Shown here: piece by piece, positions 22,235-31,995 of the stretch
Position numbering within the stretch: position 1 is the first letter of the stretch
Layout: every line of letters begins with the position of its first letter
NCBI GenBank assembly: GCA_963703345.1
Contig: OY969814.1
Location: forward strand, 2,112,001-2,176,000
Length of the DNA: 64,000 bases
Reading direction: 5' to 3'
Origin: an uncultured Chloroflexia bacterium
Lineage (GTDB): Bacteria > Chloroflexota > Dehalococcoidia > DSTF01 > JALHUB01
Notes under the pieces: model-generated
Seen by the model: only the letters and a program-made list of their open reading frames with translations
What the model was told of the DNA's origin: nothing
Database searches by the model: none
Program-made: the position numbers and the translations under genes

Positions 22235-23185
22235 TCAGGCGTCCGTCTGAAACAGAGCGCCAACTGATTGTCCGGTGTGTATGCACCTGATCGCCTCGCC
22301 GAGCAGGGGCGCGACCGTCAGGGAGTGTATCTTGTTTATCTGCTTCTCCGGCGGCTGTGGCAGGGTATCGGTGATGACGACCTGTTGGATGGGGCTGTCA
22401 TTCAGGCGCTCGATGGCCGGCCCGGAGAAAACGCCGTGCACGGCCGCGGCTTTAATCCCGGTGGCGCCGCTGGCGAGGAGGAGCTTCACGACTTCGGTCA
22501 ACGTAGACCCTCTGTCTATTTCATCGTCAATCACCAGCGCGGCCTGTCCTTCCACGTCACCGATCAGTTGGAGCGCCTCGGCGATCTGCTTGTTTCCGGC
22601 GCGCCTCTTCTCGACGACGGCCAGCGGGACGTCGAGCTTGGCGGCGATGTTGCGGGCGTCCTTGGCGCGGGCTAGGTCGGGTGCGACGACGACAAGGTTG
22701 TCGTGGTCGGTGTCCTTGAAATAGTCGCCCAGGCTGGGAAAGGCGGTGAGCTCGTCGACCGGTATGCGGAAGAAGCCCTGTATCTGGGAGGCGTGCAGGT
22801 CGATGGTAAGGACGCGGTCGGCGCCGGCCGTAGTTATCATATCGGCGACGAGGCGGGCGGTGATGGGCACGCGCGGCTGGTCCTTCTTATCGCTGCGGCC
22901 GTAGGCGAAGTAGGGAATGACGGCGGTAATGCGGCCGGCGGAGGCGCGACGGAAGGCGTCGATCATGATCAGCAGCTCCATGAGCCGCGTGTTGACGGGC
23001 GAGGCTATGGGCTGGACGACGAAGACGTCGCGTTCGCGGACGTTCTCGCAGATGCGCACGAATATGTTCTCGTTGCTGAAGGAGAATACCTCGCATTCGC
23101 CAAGAGGCGTCTCCAGGTACCGGCAGATGTTTAGCGCCAACTCTGGATGGGCATTGCCGCTGAAGATGCTCATCTCGCGAAACAC
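22235..23185 (-). CDS. prs: Ribose-phosphate pyrophosphokinase
   Basis: [48 protein letters not shown]. Confidence 0.95.
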   Translation of the reverse strand: MFREMSIFSGNAHPELALNICRYLETPLGECEVFSFSNENIFVRICENVRERDVFVVQPIASPVNTRLMELLIMIDAFRRASAGRITAVIPYFAYGRSDKKDQPRVPITARLVADMITTAGADRVLTIDLHASQIQGFFRIPVDELTAFPSLGDYFKDTDHDNLVVVAPDLARAKDARNIAAKLDVPLAVVEKRRAGNKQIAEALQLIGDVEGQAALVIDDEIDRGSTLTEVVKLLLASGATGIKAAAVHGVFSGPAIERLNDSPIQQVVITDTLPQPPEKQINKIHSLTVAPLLGEAIRCIHTGQSVGALFQTDA

Positions 23186-23658
23186 TGGTTTCCCTCCTGT
23201 TCGTTCTGACCCAGACGGTCTTTCGCCGGGGCTTACCCCTCGCCGGTCACCAAAAGGCCGAGCCAGGAACCGCTGATCTTGTCATCGGTCCCGCCCCGGC
23301 CCGTGGTCCGGAAAGCGTGCCTGGTAGACGCTTAGATCATAGCACAGCATAAGGCGCCCAGCAACGCGCGCGCAGTCCTTCCCGCGGCGCTTGGCGGGAT
23401 AGCTGTCCCTATTGTGAACCGACGCTGCGTTACGTGCCAGAAGCGCGGCGCTATTCGCATCGGCCGTCCGGCGGCGAGGATAGGTGACGAGCCAACTCTA
23501 CGGGTTGGAACGCGCAGCGTTCGCGGATTCGGCGCTGCTGGGGCTGTTCGGCTCCCCGAACAGCCCCACGAAACCACGCCGTTATCTCTTCCGACACTCA
23601 TGGTTGCGTTAACTGCGCCAGGGTATAAATCACAAAAAGCATCGAAAACAGGACTACC

Positions 23659-23688
23659 TTGACAACGCCACGACGCGACTGCTAGATT
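23659..23688 (+). promoter_or_regulatory. Sigma70-type promoter for the HTH regulator
   Basis: TTGACA, 18-nt spacer, TAGATT. Confidence 0.5.
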
Positions 23689-23713
23689 GATTGTGAAGGA
23701 CGCAATCGATCCA

Positions 23714-24352
23714 ATGGAAAACACGCGCCAAACGATTCTGGAGATACTGCGGCGACGCCAGCACACCACCGTCGAGGAGCTGACGCAAGAGCTGGGACTG
23801 GCGGCGGCAACGGTGCGTCGCCACCTGGACATCCTCATGCGGGACAACTACGTCGCCGTGACGCAGAAGCGTCGCGAAATCGGCCGGCCACATTACGTCT
23901 TCACCCTCACGGACGCCGGCGACGACCTCTTCCCCCGCGGCTACGTGCGGCTGACGAATCGCATCATCGAAGAACTCGTCTCGCTGGACCGCGACGACAC
24001 GAAAGGCAAGAGCGGTGTGGCGCTGGCGGAGGTGCTCTTCGAGAAGATGGCCGACCGCGTTGCCGAGACTTACGCCGGGCGGATAACCGGCAAGACGCTG
24101 CCGGACCGTCTGGACGAGACGACGAAGCTGCTGGCCGACGAGGGCATGTTCTTCGTATGGCGCAAGGCCGACGACGGCTACCAGCTCCTGGGCCAGGGCT
24201 GCCCCTGTCCGCGCATCGCCGACATACACAACGAGGTCTGCATCCACGACCAGCGATTGCTGCGGCGGCTGCTCCAAGCCGACGTCGAGCCGCTGAGCGT
24301 GAACCCCGAGAAGAGCGTCTGCGCCTACCTGGTGCGAGAGCGCGCTTCCTGA
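23714..24352 (+). CDS. ArsR/SufR-like HTH transcriptional regulator
   Basis: TVEELTQELGLAAATVRRHL, GRP..F.LT..G...FP; C-terminal CPCP...C.HD...C (possible Fe-S or metal site). Confidence 0.85.
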   Translation: MENTRQTILEILRRRQHTTVEELTQELGLAAATVRRHLDILMRDNYVAVTQKRREIGRPHYVFTLTDAGDDLFPRGYVRLTNRIIEELVSLDRDDTKGKSGVALAEVLFEKMADRVAETYAGRITGKTLPDRLDETTKLLADEGMFFVWRKADDGYQLLGQGCPCPRIADIHNEVCIHDQRLLRRLLQADVEPLSVNPEKSVCAYLVRERAS

Positions 24353-24442
24353 CCCCCGCATCTTCCACGCCTGTCCTTACCCTGCGTCTGAGCTATAATT
24401 GAGCGCGTCCGGCAGACCGTTGTCGGAGCGAAGGAGCATCAC

Positions 24443-25063
24443 GTGCAAAAGGCCCAACTTGGCTTCCTTGCTTCCCACGGCGGGAGCAACATGCAGGCGA
24501 TTATCGACGCCTGCAAGGAGGGGCGACTCGACGCTGAACCGGCCGTGGTCATAAGCAACAACTCGGGCTCCACGGCGCTGGAACGCGCGAGCCGCGAAGG
24601 CATCCCGCACTATCACTTCAGCAGCGCAACTCATCCGGACCCGGCGGAGTTGGACGCGGCGATCCTGCGCGCGTTGGAAGAGCACAAAGTCGATTTCGTC
24701 ATCCTTGCCGGCTACATGAAGCTGCTGGGTCCGCAGACGCTGCGGAGGTATCGCGGGCGCATCCTCAACATCCATCCCGCCCTGCTGCCGAAGTTCGGGG
24801 GAAAAGGCCTCTACGGCATCAAGGTGCACGAGGCAGTGCTGGCGGCCGGCGAAAAGGTGACCGGCGTGACGGTACACCTGGTCGACGAGAACTACGACCG
24901 CGGGCCGATTGTGGCGCAGTGCGAGGTGCCGGTGCTCGAAGGCGACACGTCGCAGTCGCTCGCCGCCCGCGTGCTGGAGCAGGAGCACAAGCTGTTCGCC
25001 GCGACGCTGCAGAAAATCGTCCGGGGCGAGATTGACCTGGACGCGATTGGCTCCTCAGGCTGA
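24443..25063 (+). CDS. purN: Phosphoribosylglycinamide formyltransferase
   Basis: SHGGSNMQAII, LAGYMK, LNIHPALLPKFGG, GVTVHLVDENYDRGPI. Confidence 0.95.
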   Translation: MQKAQLGFLASHGGSNMQAIIDACKEGRLDAEPAVVISNNSGSTALERASREGIPHYHFSSATHPDPAELDAAILRALEEHKVDFVILAGYMKLLGPQTLRRYRGRILNIHPALLPKFGGKGLYGIKVHEAVLAAGEKVTGVTVHLVDENYDRGPIVAQCEVPVLEGDTSQSLAARVLEQEHKLFAATLQKIVRGEIDLDAIGSSG

Positions 25064-25135
25064 CGGCGGTCCGGGTGCGTCCGCCTCCGGCGGACGCCGA
25101 AACCACGCCGCTGCCCCGCGGCCAACGCCCCTCCC

Positions 25136-25909
25136 CTACCCTGCCAGCGGCTTCTCCGTGTAGACAACGACGCTCTTCGGATAGAAGCGGTTTCCCGCCT
25201 CGTCGAGCACGTGGTAAAGCAGCGAATACGGCTCGGCGTTTGACCGGTCCCGCCACCGATTCAGCGCCTCGACCGACCAGCCGCGCATGTAGGGGCAGGC
25301 GTCGAGCAGGAATAGGAGCGTCCAGTAGACCGATTCGACGGAGTTGCGCAGGCGTCGCGCATACACTCGCATCCCCGCCGCTTCGACGGCATGGACGATG
25401 CGACGACGCGTGTAGATGCGACGATGCCCGAACGGGTCGTCGCGGTAGAGGTCGTAGAAACGGTAGGCAATGAACTCCGGCAGCGTGTCCGGAACGCTGA
25501 CGACCAACCGACCGCCCGGCTTCAGAACCCGGGCCATCTCGCGCAGGGCCAGACCGGCGTCCGCTACGTGCTCCAGCGTCTCGGTGCAGGCCACGAAGTC
25601 AAACGCGGCGTCGGCGAAAGGCAGCCGACCGCCATCCGCTTGAGCGAAGGCCGGCAGGGGGTCCCTGTCGAGGAGATGCCTGCGGGCCGAAAGCAGGTCG
25701 CGACGGAGGATATCGATGCCGACACTCTTGCAGCCGCGTCCGGCCAGCCGCGAGAGGAGCCGGCCCACGCTGCACCCGACGTCGAGGACGCGGGCGCCGG
25801 GCCAGACGCCCAGCAGCGTGAGGTCAACGACCTCCAGGCGTCGCAGCACGGGGCCGACGACCCAGCGTCGTTGGGGAGATAGGTCGGCCGCCTGTTTCGG
25901 AGCGCTCAT
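25136..25909 (-). CDS. Class I SAM-dependent methyltransferase
   Basis: VLDVGCSVG, LPFADAAFDFV, LEHV, RVLKPGG. Confidence 0.85.
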   Translation of the reverse strand: MSAPKQAADLSPQRRWVVGPVLRRLEVVDLTLLGVWPGARVLDVGCSVGRLLSRLAGRGCKSVGIDILRRDLLSARRHLLDRDPLPAFAQADGGRLPFADAAFDFVACTETLEHVADAGLALREMARVLKPGGRLVVSVPDTLPEFIAYRFYDLYRDDPFGHRRIYTRRRIVHAVEAAGMRVYARRLRNSVESVYWTLLFLLDACPYMRGWSVEALNRWRDRSNAEPYSLLYHVLDEAGNRFYPKSVVVYTEKPLAG

Positions 25910-26001
25910 GCCATGCGAATCTAGCAGCGCCGCCGGCCCGACGTCAATCGCAATCGTCGCGCTATTGGCGAAACCGAGGAAATGTGCTAGATTCATAGCC
26001 A

Positions 26002-26991
26002 ATGGTTCAAAGGCGTCAGCGCCGGGGTAATCACGCGCCTGTCGCCGTCCTGGCGATAATAGTCATCCTGTCTTCCCTCTACGCCTTCCACTCCTTCTTC
26101 GGGTCCGGTGGCTCCACGCGCTGCGCCGGCGGCGACTGCGCGGCGATAGTGTCGGCTCCGCCGCCGTCGGCGCCGACGCCCGCGCCGACACAACAAGTGC
26201 TGGCGCTCAGCCTGACGCACCCGCCCGATCTGACCGCCGTGTCCGCCGCCGTCGTCGCCGACGACTGCGATGAGCTTCTCTACGCGAAGGACGCGAACCG
26301 TCGCCTCCCGCCGGCCAGCATCACGAAGGTCATGACAGCGATCGTCGCGTCGGAGGCGAGCAGCCCAGACGACATGGTGGACGTCAACATCGACGGCTTC
26401 TTCGCCGGCGACAGCACGGTGATGGGGCTGGAGACGGGAATGCGGCTGTCCATGCGCGACCTCCTCTACGGCCTCCTCTTGCCTTCCGGGAACGACGCCG
26501 CTGTCGCCATTGCCCGTTACATCGCCGGCGGCGTTCCATCGTTTGTCAATCGCATGAACGCGAAGGTGCGCGAGCTGGGGCTGCAGGACACGCAATTCAC
26601 CAATCCCCACGGCCTCGACGCCGCGGGGCACTACTCCTCAGCCTACGACATGGTCATGATCGGCCGCTATGCGATGAAGGACCCGCTGATCGCCGAGATC
26701 GTGAAGACGAAGCAGTACACAGCGAACTGGAGCGGCCCCGAGCTCTGGAACGGCAACCTGCTCCTCTGGCTCTACCCCGATGCCGACGGCATCAAGATCG
26801 GCTGGACGGAGAAGGCGGGACAGACGCTCATGGCGACGGCCCAGCGCGACGGACATCGCGTCTACCTGGCGCTCTTCGGCAGCCAGGACCGCTACACGGA
26901 CGCCATTCGTCTCTTCGACTGGGCTTTCGACACTCTGGGAAGCACGCCTGGGGAGAACTGCGCCGCCGTCTCAACCGACGGCTCTCAATAG
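26002..26991 (+). CDS. D-alanyl-D-alanine carboxypeptidase (peptidase S11)
   Basis: PASITK (SxxK), SGNDAA (SxN), FTNPHGLD, GIKIG (KTG variant); N-terminal TM. Confidence 0.88.
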   Translation: MVQRRQRRGNHAPVAVLAIIVILSSLYAFHSFFGSGGSTRCAGGDCAAIVSAPPPSAPTPAPTQQVLALSLTHPPDLTAVSAAVVADDCDELLYAKDANRRLPPASITKVMTAIVASEASSPDDMVDVNIDGFFAGDSTVMGLETGMRLSMRDLLYGLLLPSGNDAAVAIARYIAGGVPSFVNRMNAKVRELGLQDTQFTNPHGLDAAGHYSSAYDMVMIGRYAMKDPLIAEIVKTKQYTANWSGPELWNGNLLLWLYPDADGIKIGWTEKAGQTLMATAQRDGHRVYLALFGSQDRYTDAIRLFDWAFDTLGSTPGENCAAVSTDGSQ

Positions 26992-28205
26992 AGGACTTCC
27001 TCTGCGGTCAGACGCTCTATCTCTTCCTTCGGCATTGCCAGCAGCTCGCCGAGCACGTAGTCGTTGTGCTGGCCGAGGAGCGGGCCGGGCCGCATGATGC
27101 GCGCCGGCGTCTTCGACAGGCGCCAGGGCGGACCCAGCACTTTTTTGACGCCCATCAGGGGGTGCTCGACGTCCTGAATGATGCCGCGTTCGAGGACGTG
27201 GCGGTCCTGCACGATCTCTTCGCCGGCGTAGACGGGCATCGCCGGGACTCCGGCGGCCTGTAGCTCCTGCATAATGTCGAGGGGGTTGCGTTCGGCGGTC
27301 CAGGCGCCGATGCGCTCGTCCAGCGCATCGCGGTTCTGCCAGCGATTGAACTCGTCGGCGAAGCGTTCATCCCGCGTCAGGCGCTGGTCGCCGATGACGC
27401 CGCAGAGGGCCCGCCAATCCTCCTCGGTACCGACGACGATGGAGACCCACTCGTTCTCGCCCTTGCAGGCGTAGACGTTATGAGGCGCCATTGCCCGATC
27501 ATTGTTCCCGTTGCGCTCCTGGACACGTCCGTTCATCGTGTAGTCCATGAAGCTATCGCCCATGAGGGAGCTGACCGCCTCGGCGGATGACAGGTCGATG
27601 TGCTGCCCCCGGCCGGTCCGCTTTCGATGGTAAAGTGCGGCGAGAACGGCGAAGGCGCCGGTACTGCCAACACGGAGGTCGATGGTGCCCATCAGCGGGG
27701 CGGGACGACCGCCGGCGCGGCCGGTGATGTAGGCCATGCCTCCCATTGCGGCGAAGGTCGGCGCGTAGCCGGTGTATAGCCGCTCTGGGCCGGTGCTGCC
27801 GACCGCAGACGAAGAGAGCATGACGATGTCCGGCTTGATCGCCTTCAGGTCCTCGTAGCCGAGGCCGAGCTTCTCCAGCACTCCGGGTCGCATGTTCTGC
27901 GTCACGACGTCGCTGATCTTTGCCAGCGACCGCGCGATCTCCCTCGCCTCAGGCTTGCTCAGGTTCAGCGTAAGGCTGAGCTTGTTCAGGTTCAGCGTGT
28001 TGAAGATGAACGACTCGTCGGGGCCGCCCATGGTGGGACCGGCGACGAGCGAGCGCAAGCGCGAGTGATCGAGGCGACTGCGGCTTTCGACTTTGATGAC
28101 TTGCGCGCCGAGCAGGGCAAGGAGGAGCGTCGCCTGCGGGCCGGCCCAGGCCCAGGTGAAGTCGAGTATCCTCACGCCCTCAAGGGGAAGCCGCTTTTCC
28201 GCCAT
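26985..28205 (-). CDS. Family III CoA transferase (CaiB/BaiF)
   Basis: PLEGVRILDF, AGPQATLLLALLGAQVIKVES, NMRPG, PLLGQHN. Confidence 0.92.
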   Translation of the reverse strand: MAEKRLPLEGVRILDFTWAWAGPQATLLLALLGAQVIKVESRSRLDHSRLRSLVAGPTMGGPDESFIFNTLNLNKLSLTLNLSKPEAREIARSLAKISDVVTQNMRPGVLEKLGLGYEDLKAIKPDIVMLSSSAVGSTGPERLYTGYAPTFAAMGGMAYITGRAGGRPAPLMGTIDLRVGSTGAFAVLAALYHRKRTGRGQHIDLSSAEAVSSLMGDSFMDYTMNGRVQERNGNNDRAMAPHNVYACKGENEWVSIVVGTEEDWRALCGVIGDQRLTRDERFADEFNRWQNRDALDERIGAWTAERNPLDIMQELQAAGVPAMPVYAGEEIVQDRHVLERGIIQDVEHPLMGVKKVLGPPWRLSKTPARIMRPGPLLGQHNDYVLGELLAMPKEEIERLTAEEVLY

Positions 28206-28206
28206 C

Positions 28207-29412
28207 CTAAATCACTCCGTCCGCGCGCAGTCGGGCCAGCTCTTCGTGCGAGTAGCCCAGGCGACCGCAGTAAATCTCTTCGTTGTGCTGTCCGAGCAGC
28301 GGGGCCGGCCGCTCCGCCTGCCAGGGCGTCTCCGAGAACTTGTAGCCGGCTGTCGGATAGTAGAACTTGCCGGCAACGGAATGTTCGACCTCCTGGAAGA
28401 AGCCGCGCTCCCGCGCCTGCTGCCAGTCGAAGACCTCTTCGGTCAACCGAACGGGCGCCAGCGGCACGCTGAAGCTCTGGGCGAGGTGGTAGAGCTCGTC
28501 TTGCGTGCGGTCGGCGGCCCACTCCTCGACGTGGGGCTGGATCTCGTCCCGCTTGGCCGCGCGGCCCATCTCCGTGGCGAACTCCTCGTTCTGGGCCCAC
28601 TCCGGGTTGCCCATCGCCCGCACCAGTCCCTCCCACTGGTGGTCCTGCGGCATCGTCAGAATCACCCAGCCGTCCTTGCAGGCCATCAGGCCGCCTACCT
28701 GCATCCCAATGCGACCAACGATGGTCTCGCCGTCGGCGAAGCGGCAGATATCGACGCGCTCCAGGCCGAGAAGGCTCTCCTGCTTGGAGACGTCAACGTA
28801 CTGACCCTCGCCGGTCAGCATTCGGCCAAAGAGAGCGGCCAGGGCAGCAATGGCAGCGTTCAGTCCGCTGTCGTACTCGCCGGCGTAGCCACCGGGCGGG
28901 ACCGGCTCCTTTCCCGGCTCTTCGAATCGGGCGAGGAAGAACTTAGTCGAGTGGCCGCTGACGTGGTGGAGATTGAGCGTGCGACAGGCGTACCCGGCGT
29001 AGGGGCCTGTCTGGCCGAAAGGCGTAATCGACACCATGACGAGCCCGGGGTTGGCCGCAGCCAGCGTCTCGTAGTCCAGGCCAAGCGCCTCCATGCGACC
29101 CGGCGTCTGGTCTTCGATGAGGACGTCAACGTCCTTGGCGAGCGCCTGGAATATGTGCCTGCCCGTCGCAAGGGACGGGTCGAGAGTCAGCGAGCGCTTG
29201 TTCGTATTGAGGTAGAGGAAGAGGCCACTCTTCTCCGGGTGCGGCAGATCGTCGGGAAAAGGGCCGCGATGGCGGGCGCGGTCGCCGGCCGGCGGCTGCT
29301 CGATCTTGATCGACTCGGCGCCGAGGTCGGCGAGCAGCTTGCCGCAGTACGGCCCGGCGATCATATCGCAGTATTCGAGAACTTTGATGCCCTGTAGGGC
29401 GCGATCAGTCAT
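28207..29412 (-). CDS. Family III CoA transferase (CaiB/BaiF), second subunit or paralog
   Basis: ALQGIKVLE, AGPYCGKLLADLGA, LNTNKRS, APLLGQHN. Confidence 0.92.
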   Translation of the reverse strand: MTDRALQGIKVLEYCDMIAGPYCGKLLADLGAESIKIEQPPAGDRARHRGPFPDDLPHPEKSGLFLYLNTNKRSLTLDPSLATGRHIFQALAKDVDVLIEDQTPGRMEALGLDYETLAAANPGLVMVSITPFGQTGPYAGYACRTLNLHHVSGHSTKFFLARFEEPGKEPVPPGGYAGEYDSGLNAAIAALAALFGRMLTGEGQYVDVSKQESLLGLERVDICRFADGETIVGRIGMQVGGLMACKDGWVILTMPQDHQWEGLVRAMGNPEWAQNEEFATEMGRAAKRDEIQPHVEEWAADRTQDELYHLAQSFSVPLAPVRLTEEVFDWQQARERGFFQEVEHSVAGKFYYPTAGYKFSETPWQAERPAPLLGQHNEEIYCGRLGYSHEELARLRADGVI

Positions 29413-29592
29413 TTCCAGCCGTTTTCCCGGAACCTAGGCAGGCGCGAACGCAATTCTTAGCCTAGCACAGGGGCCATTTCAACAAAACGTGGCCAAACCC
29501 CTAACCGCTGCGGCCGCGCTCTTGAATTGACTTTATTCGGTGCCGTGGCCTAGCTTTCGTTCAAGGCCTGAATCGAAGCAGGACGGAGCGAA

Positions 29593-31020
29593 GTGCGGAA
29601 GGAAAGCGTTCATCCCCTCGACTACTTGTTCTATCCCCGCTCCGTCGCGGTCGTCGGCGTCTCCGGCAAGCCACGCGACTGGGGTGGCGGCAACATGTTT
29701 CTCAAGGGCCTGCAGACGTTCGGATTCCCCGGACCGCTGTATCCCGTGCACCCGACGCTCGATGAGGTGCTGGGGCTTCGCTGCTACCCGTCGATCTCCG
29801 CCATTCCCGGGCCGGTCGATTACGTGATCTCGGCGATTCCGGCGAGCGGCGTCGCAGCGCTTATGGACGACGCGGCGGCGAAGGGCGTGCGCTGCATCCA
29901 TTTCTTCACAGCCGGCTTTCGCGAGACCGGCGAGCAGGAGCGCATAGACCTGGAGCGCGAGGTGCTGGCGAAGGCTAAGGCCGCGGGCATACGGATCGTC
30001 GGGCCGAACTGCATGGGACTGTACTGCCCGGCCGGAAGGATCAGCTTCGGCGGCGACTTCCCGAAGGAGCCGGGCAGCGTCGCCTTCATCTCGCAAAGCG
30101 GGCTCAACGCCGAGGACCTCGTACATCATGCGGCGCTGCGAGGGATTCGTTTCAGCAAGGTGATAAGCTACGGCAACGCCACCGACCTGGACGAAAGCGA
30201 CTTCTTCGAATACTGCCTCGCGGACCCGGAGACGGAGATAATCCTCGCCTACATCGAAGGGGTGAAGGACGGCCGGCGATTCCAGCGGGCCCTGCGGGCG
30301 GCTTCGGCGGCCAAACCGACGGTCCTGCTCAAGGGTGGCGCCACGGACGCCGGCGACCGGGCGACGCGCTCGCATACGGGGAGTCTCGCGGGGTCAGCGC
30401 AGGTGTGGGAGGGGCTCTGCCGTCAGGCCGGCGTCGTCTCAGTCGACGGCCTCGACGATCTGGCGGACATGGCGGTAACGTTCCGCCTCCTCAAGCCGCC
30501 GTCCGGACGCGGCGTTGCCGTCATCGTTGTCGGCGGCGGCTCCAGCGTGCTCGCGGCGGACCGGGCGGAGAGGCTCGGGTTGCGCGTCCCGCCGCTCTCA
30601 GACGAGGCGCAGGCGAAGCTGCGCAGCTTCACACCGCTGGCCGGCACGAGCGTCCGAAACCCTCTGGATACCGTCGCCCTCGAAGACAGGGAGGGTTTCC
30701 ACAAGACCGTCAACATTGTCGGCAACGAGCCCAACATCGACTGCATCCTCATCCTGCCGCGACTGGACTGGTGGCTGGACCGCGTTCCGGACGTCGATGA
30801 GACGGTACGGGCGACGGTGGCGAAGATGAAGGAGGCAGCGGACCAGAGCCCGGTGCCGGTGGCTCTGGCCCTCCGTACGCCGGACAACGCCACGACGATG
30901 AAGGCGTTCGAGCTGCTCTATCAGGAGTGCGCGGAGGCCGGCCTGGCAGTCTATCCGGACTTCGAGCGCGCCTTCACGGCAATGGCAAGGTTCGCGACCT
31001 GGCGAGAGGCGCGTCAGTAG
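29593..31020 (+). CDS. ADP-forming acyl-CoA synthetase alpha-like (CoA-binding) protein
   Basis: PRSVAVVG, GPNCMG, SQSG, SYGNATDL, SHTGSLAG (phospho-His), NPLD. Confidence 0.88.
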   Translation: MRKESVHPLDYLFYPRSVAVVGVSGKPRDWGGGNMFLKGLQTFGFPGPLYPVHPTLDEVLGLRCYPSISAIPGPVDYVISAIPASGVAALMDDAAAKGVRCIHFFTAGFRETGEQERIDLEREVLAKAKAAGIRIVGPNCMGLYCPAGRISFGGDFPKEPGSVAFISQSGLNAEDLVHHAALRGIRFSKVISYGNATDLDESDFFEYCLADPETEIILAYIEGVKDGRRFQRALRAASAAKPTVLLKGGATDAGDRATRSHTGSLAGSAQVWEGLCRQAGVVSVDGLDDLADMAVTFRLLKPPSGRGVAVIVVGGGSSVLAADRAERLGLRVPPLSDEAQAKLRSFTPLAGTSVRNPLDTVALEDREGFHKTVNIVGNEPNIDCILILPRLDWWLDRVPDVDETVRATVAKMKEAADQSPVPVALALRTPDNATTMKAFELLYQECAEAGLAVYPDFERAFTAMARFATWREARQ

Positions 31021-31055
31021 CAGCAGCTACACTTTGTCGTTGGGTGCTTTCTGCT

Positions 31056-31814
31056 TCAGGCCACTCTTCGGATCGTCCGCCTGACATCGTGAGTAGGACC
31101 GAGCAGGACGCTGGTGTGGCGCGCGCCCAGCCTCAGGGCATGGACGAACTGCTGCGCGAGGTCCGGATCGAACTGCGTGCCCGCCTTGTCGCTGATCTCT
31201 TGCAGCGCCTGTGCCGGCTTGCGGGCGACCCGGTAGGGTGAATCGAGGATCATCGCGGTGTAGGCGTCGGCGATAGCCATGATGCGGGCCGGCAGAGGAA
31301 TCTGCTCCCCGTGCTTTCCGCGCAGGTAGCCGTCGCCGTCCCAGCGCTCGTGGTGGAAGAGAACGGTTTCCAGGACCAGGTCGTGCAGCCAGTGGGGCGA
31401 AGCGCGCAGGATGGGCCAATCGCGCAGAAGGTCATAGCCGACGGAAACGTGGGAGCGCAGGACAAGCATCTCGGCGCTGTTCAGCGGGCCGTCCTTCGTC
31501 AGGAGGTCCACCGGAAGAGCCATCTTGCCGAGGTCATAGACGCGGCCGGCGATCCATAGCGCGCCGACCTCATCGGACGAGAGCTGGACGCGGCGGGCCA
31601 GGGCGAGGGCGTGCTGCGCGGCAAGGTTCGAATGAAGCCCGGAGTAGTTGTCGCGGGTATCGAGGTCAAGCTCCCACTGGTCGACGAGCGCCCTTACATG
31701 ATCGCGGGTTTGGCGGGACCAGGCCGTGGACAGCGTCTCGATGACGCGGGAGTCGCTCGAGGCGAAGAGATCGGTCACATCGTGGTCGTCGATGCCGTAG
31801 ACGATTCGAAACAA
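31056..31814 (-). CDS. HD-GYP domain protein with degenerate motifs
   Basis: RBS GGAGG before TTG; VYDLGK (HD to YD), HHERWDGDGYL (GYP to GYL), IPLPARIMAIADAY, GTQFDP. Confidence 0.8.
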   Translation of the reverse strand: MFRIVYGIDDHDVTDLFASSDSRVIETLSTAWSRQTRDHVRALVDQWELDLDTRDNYSGLHSNLAAQHALALARRVQLSSDEVGALWIAGRVYDLGKMALPVDLLTKDGPLNSAEMLVLRSHVSVGYDLLRDWPILRASPHWLHDLVLETVLFHHERWDGDGYLRGKHGEQIPLPARIMAIADAYTAMILDSPYRVARKPAQALQEISDKAGTQFDPDLAQQFVHALRLGARHTSVLLGPTHDVRRTIRRVA

Positions 31815-31995
31815 GAGTGCCCCTCCTGAATCAGTAACGGCACAAACCGGCAAGTCTTTAGTTGCATGTGAATCTGCACGTCGCGCGGCGCAGGATACGA
31901 GGACAAAGCCTTGACCGCACGCTAGACACTGACGCAAGATTGCTACACGGCGCTCCCGGGCGTCGCATGACACTAAGAGGAGGAACGAAAAGGCC

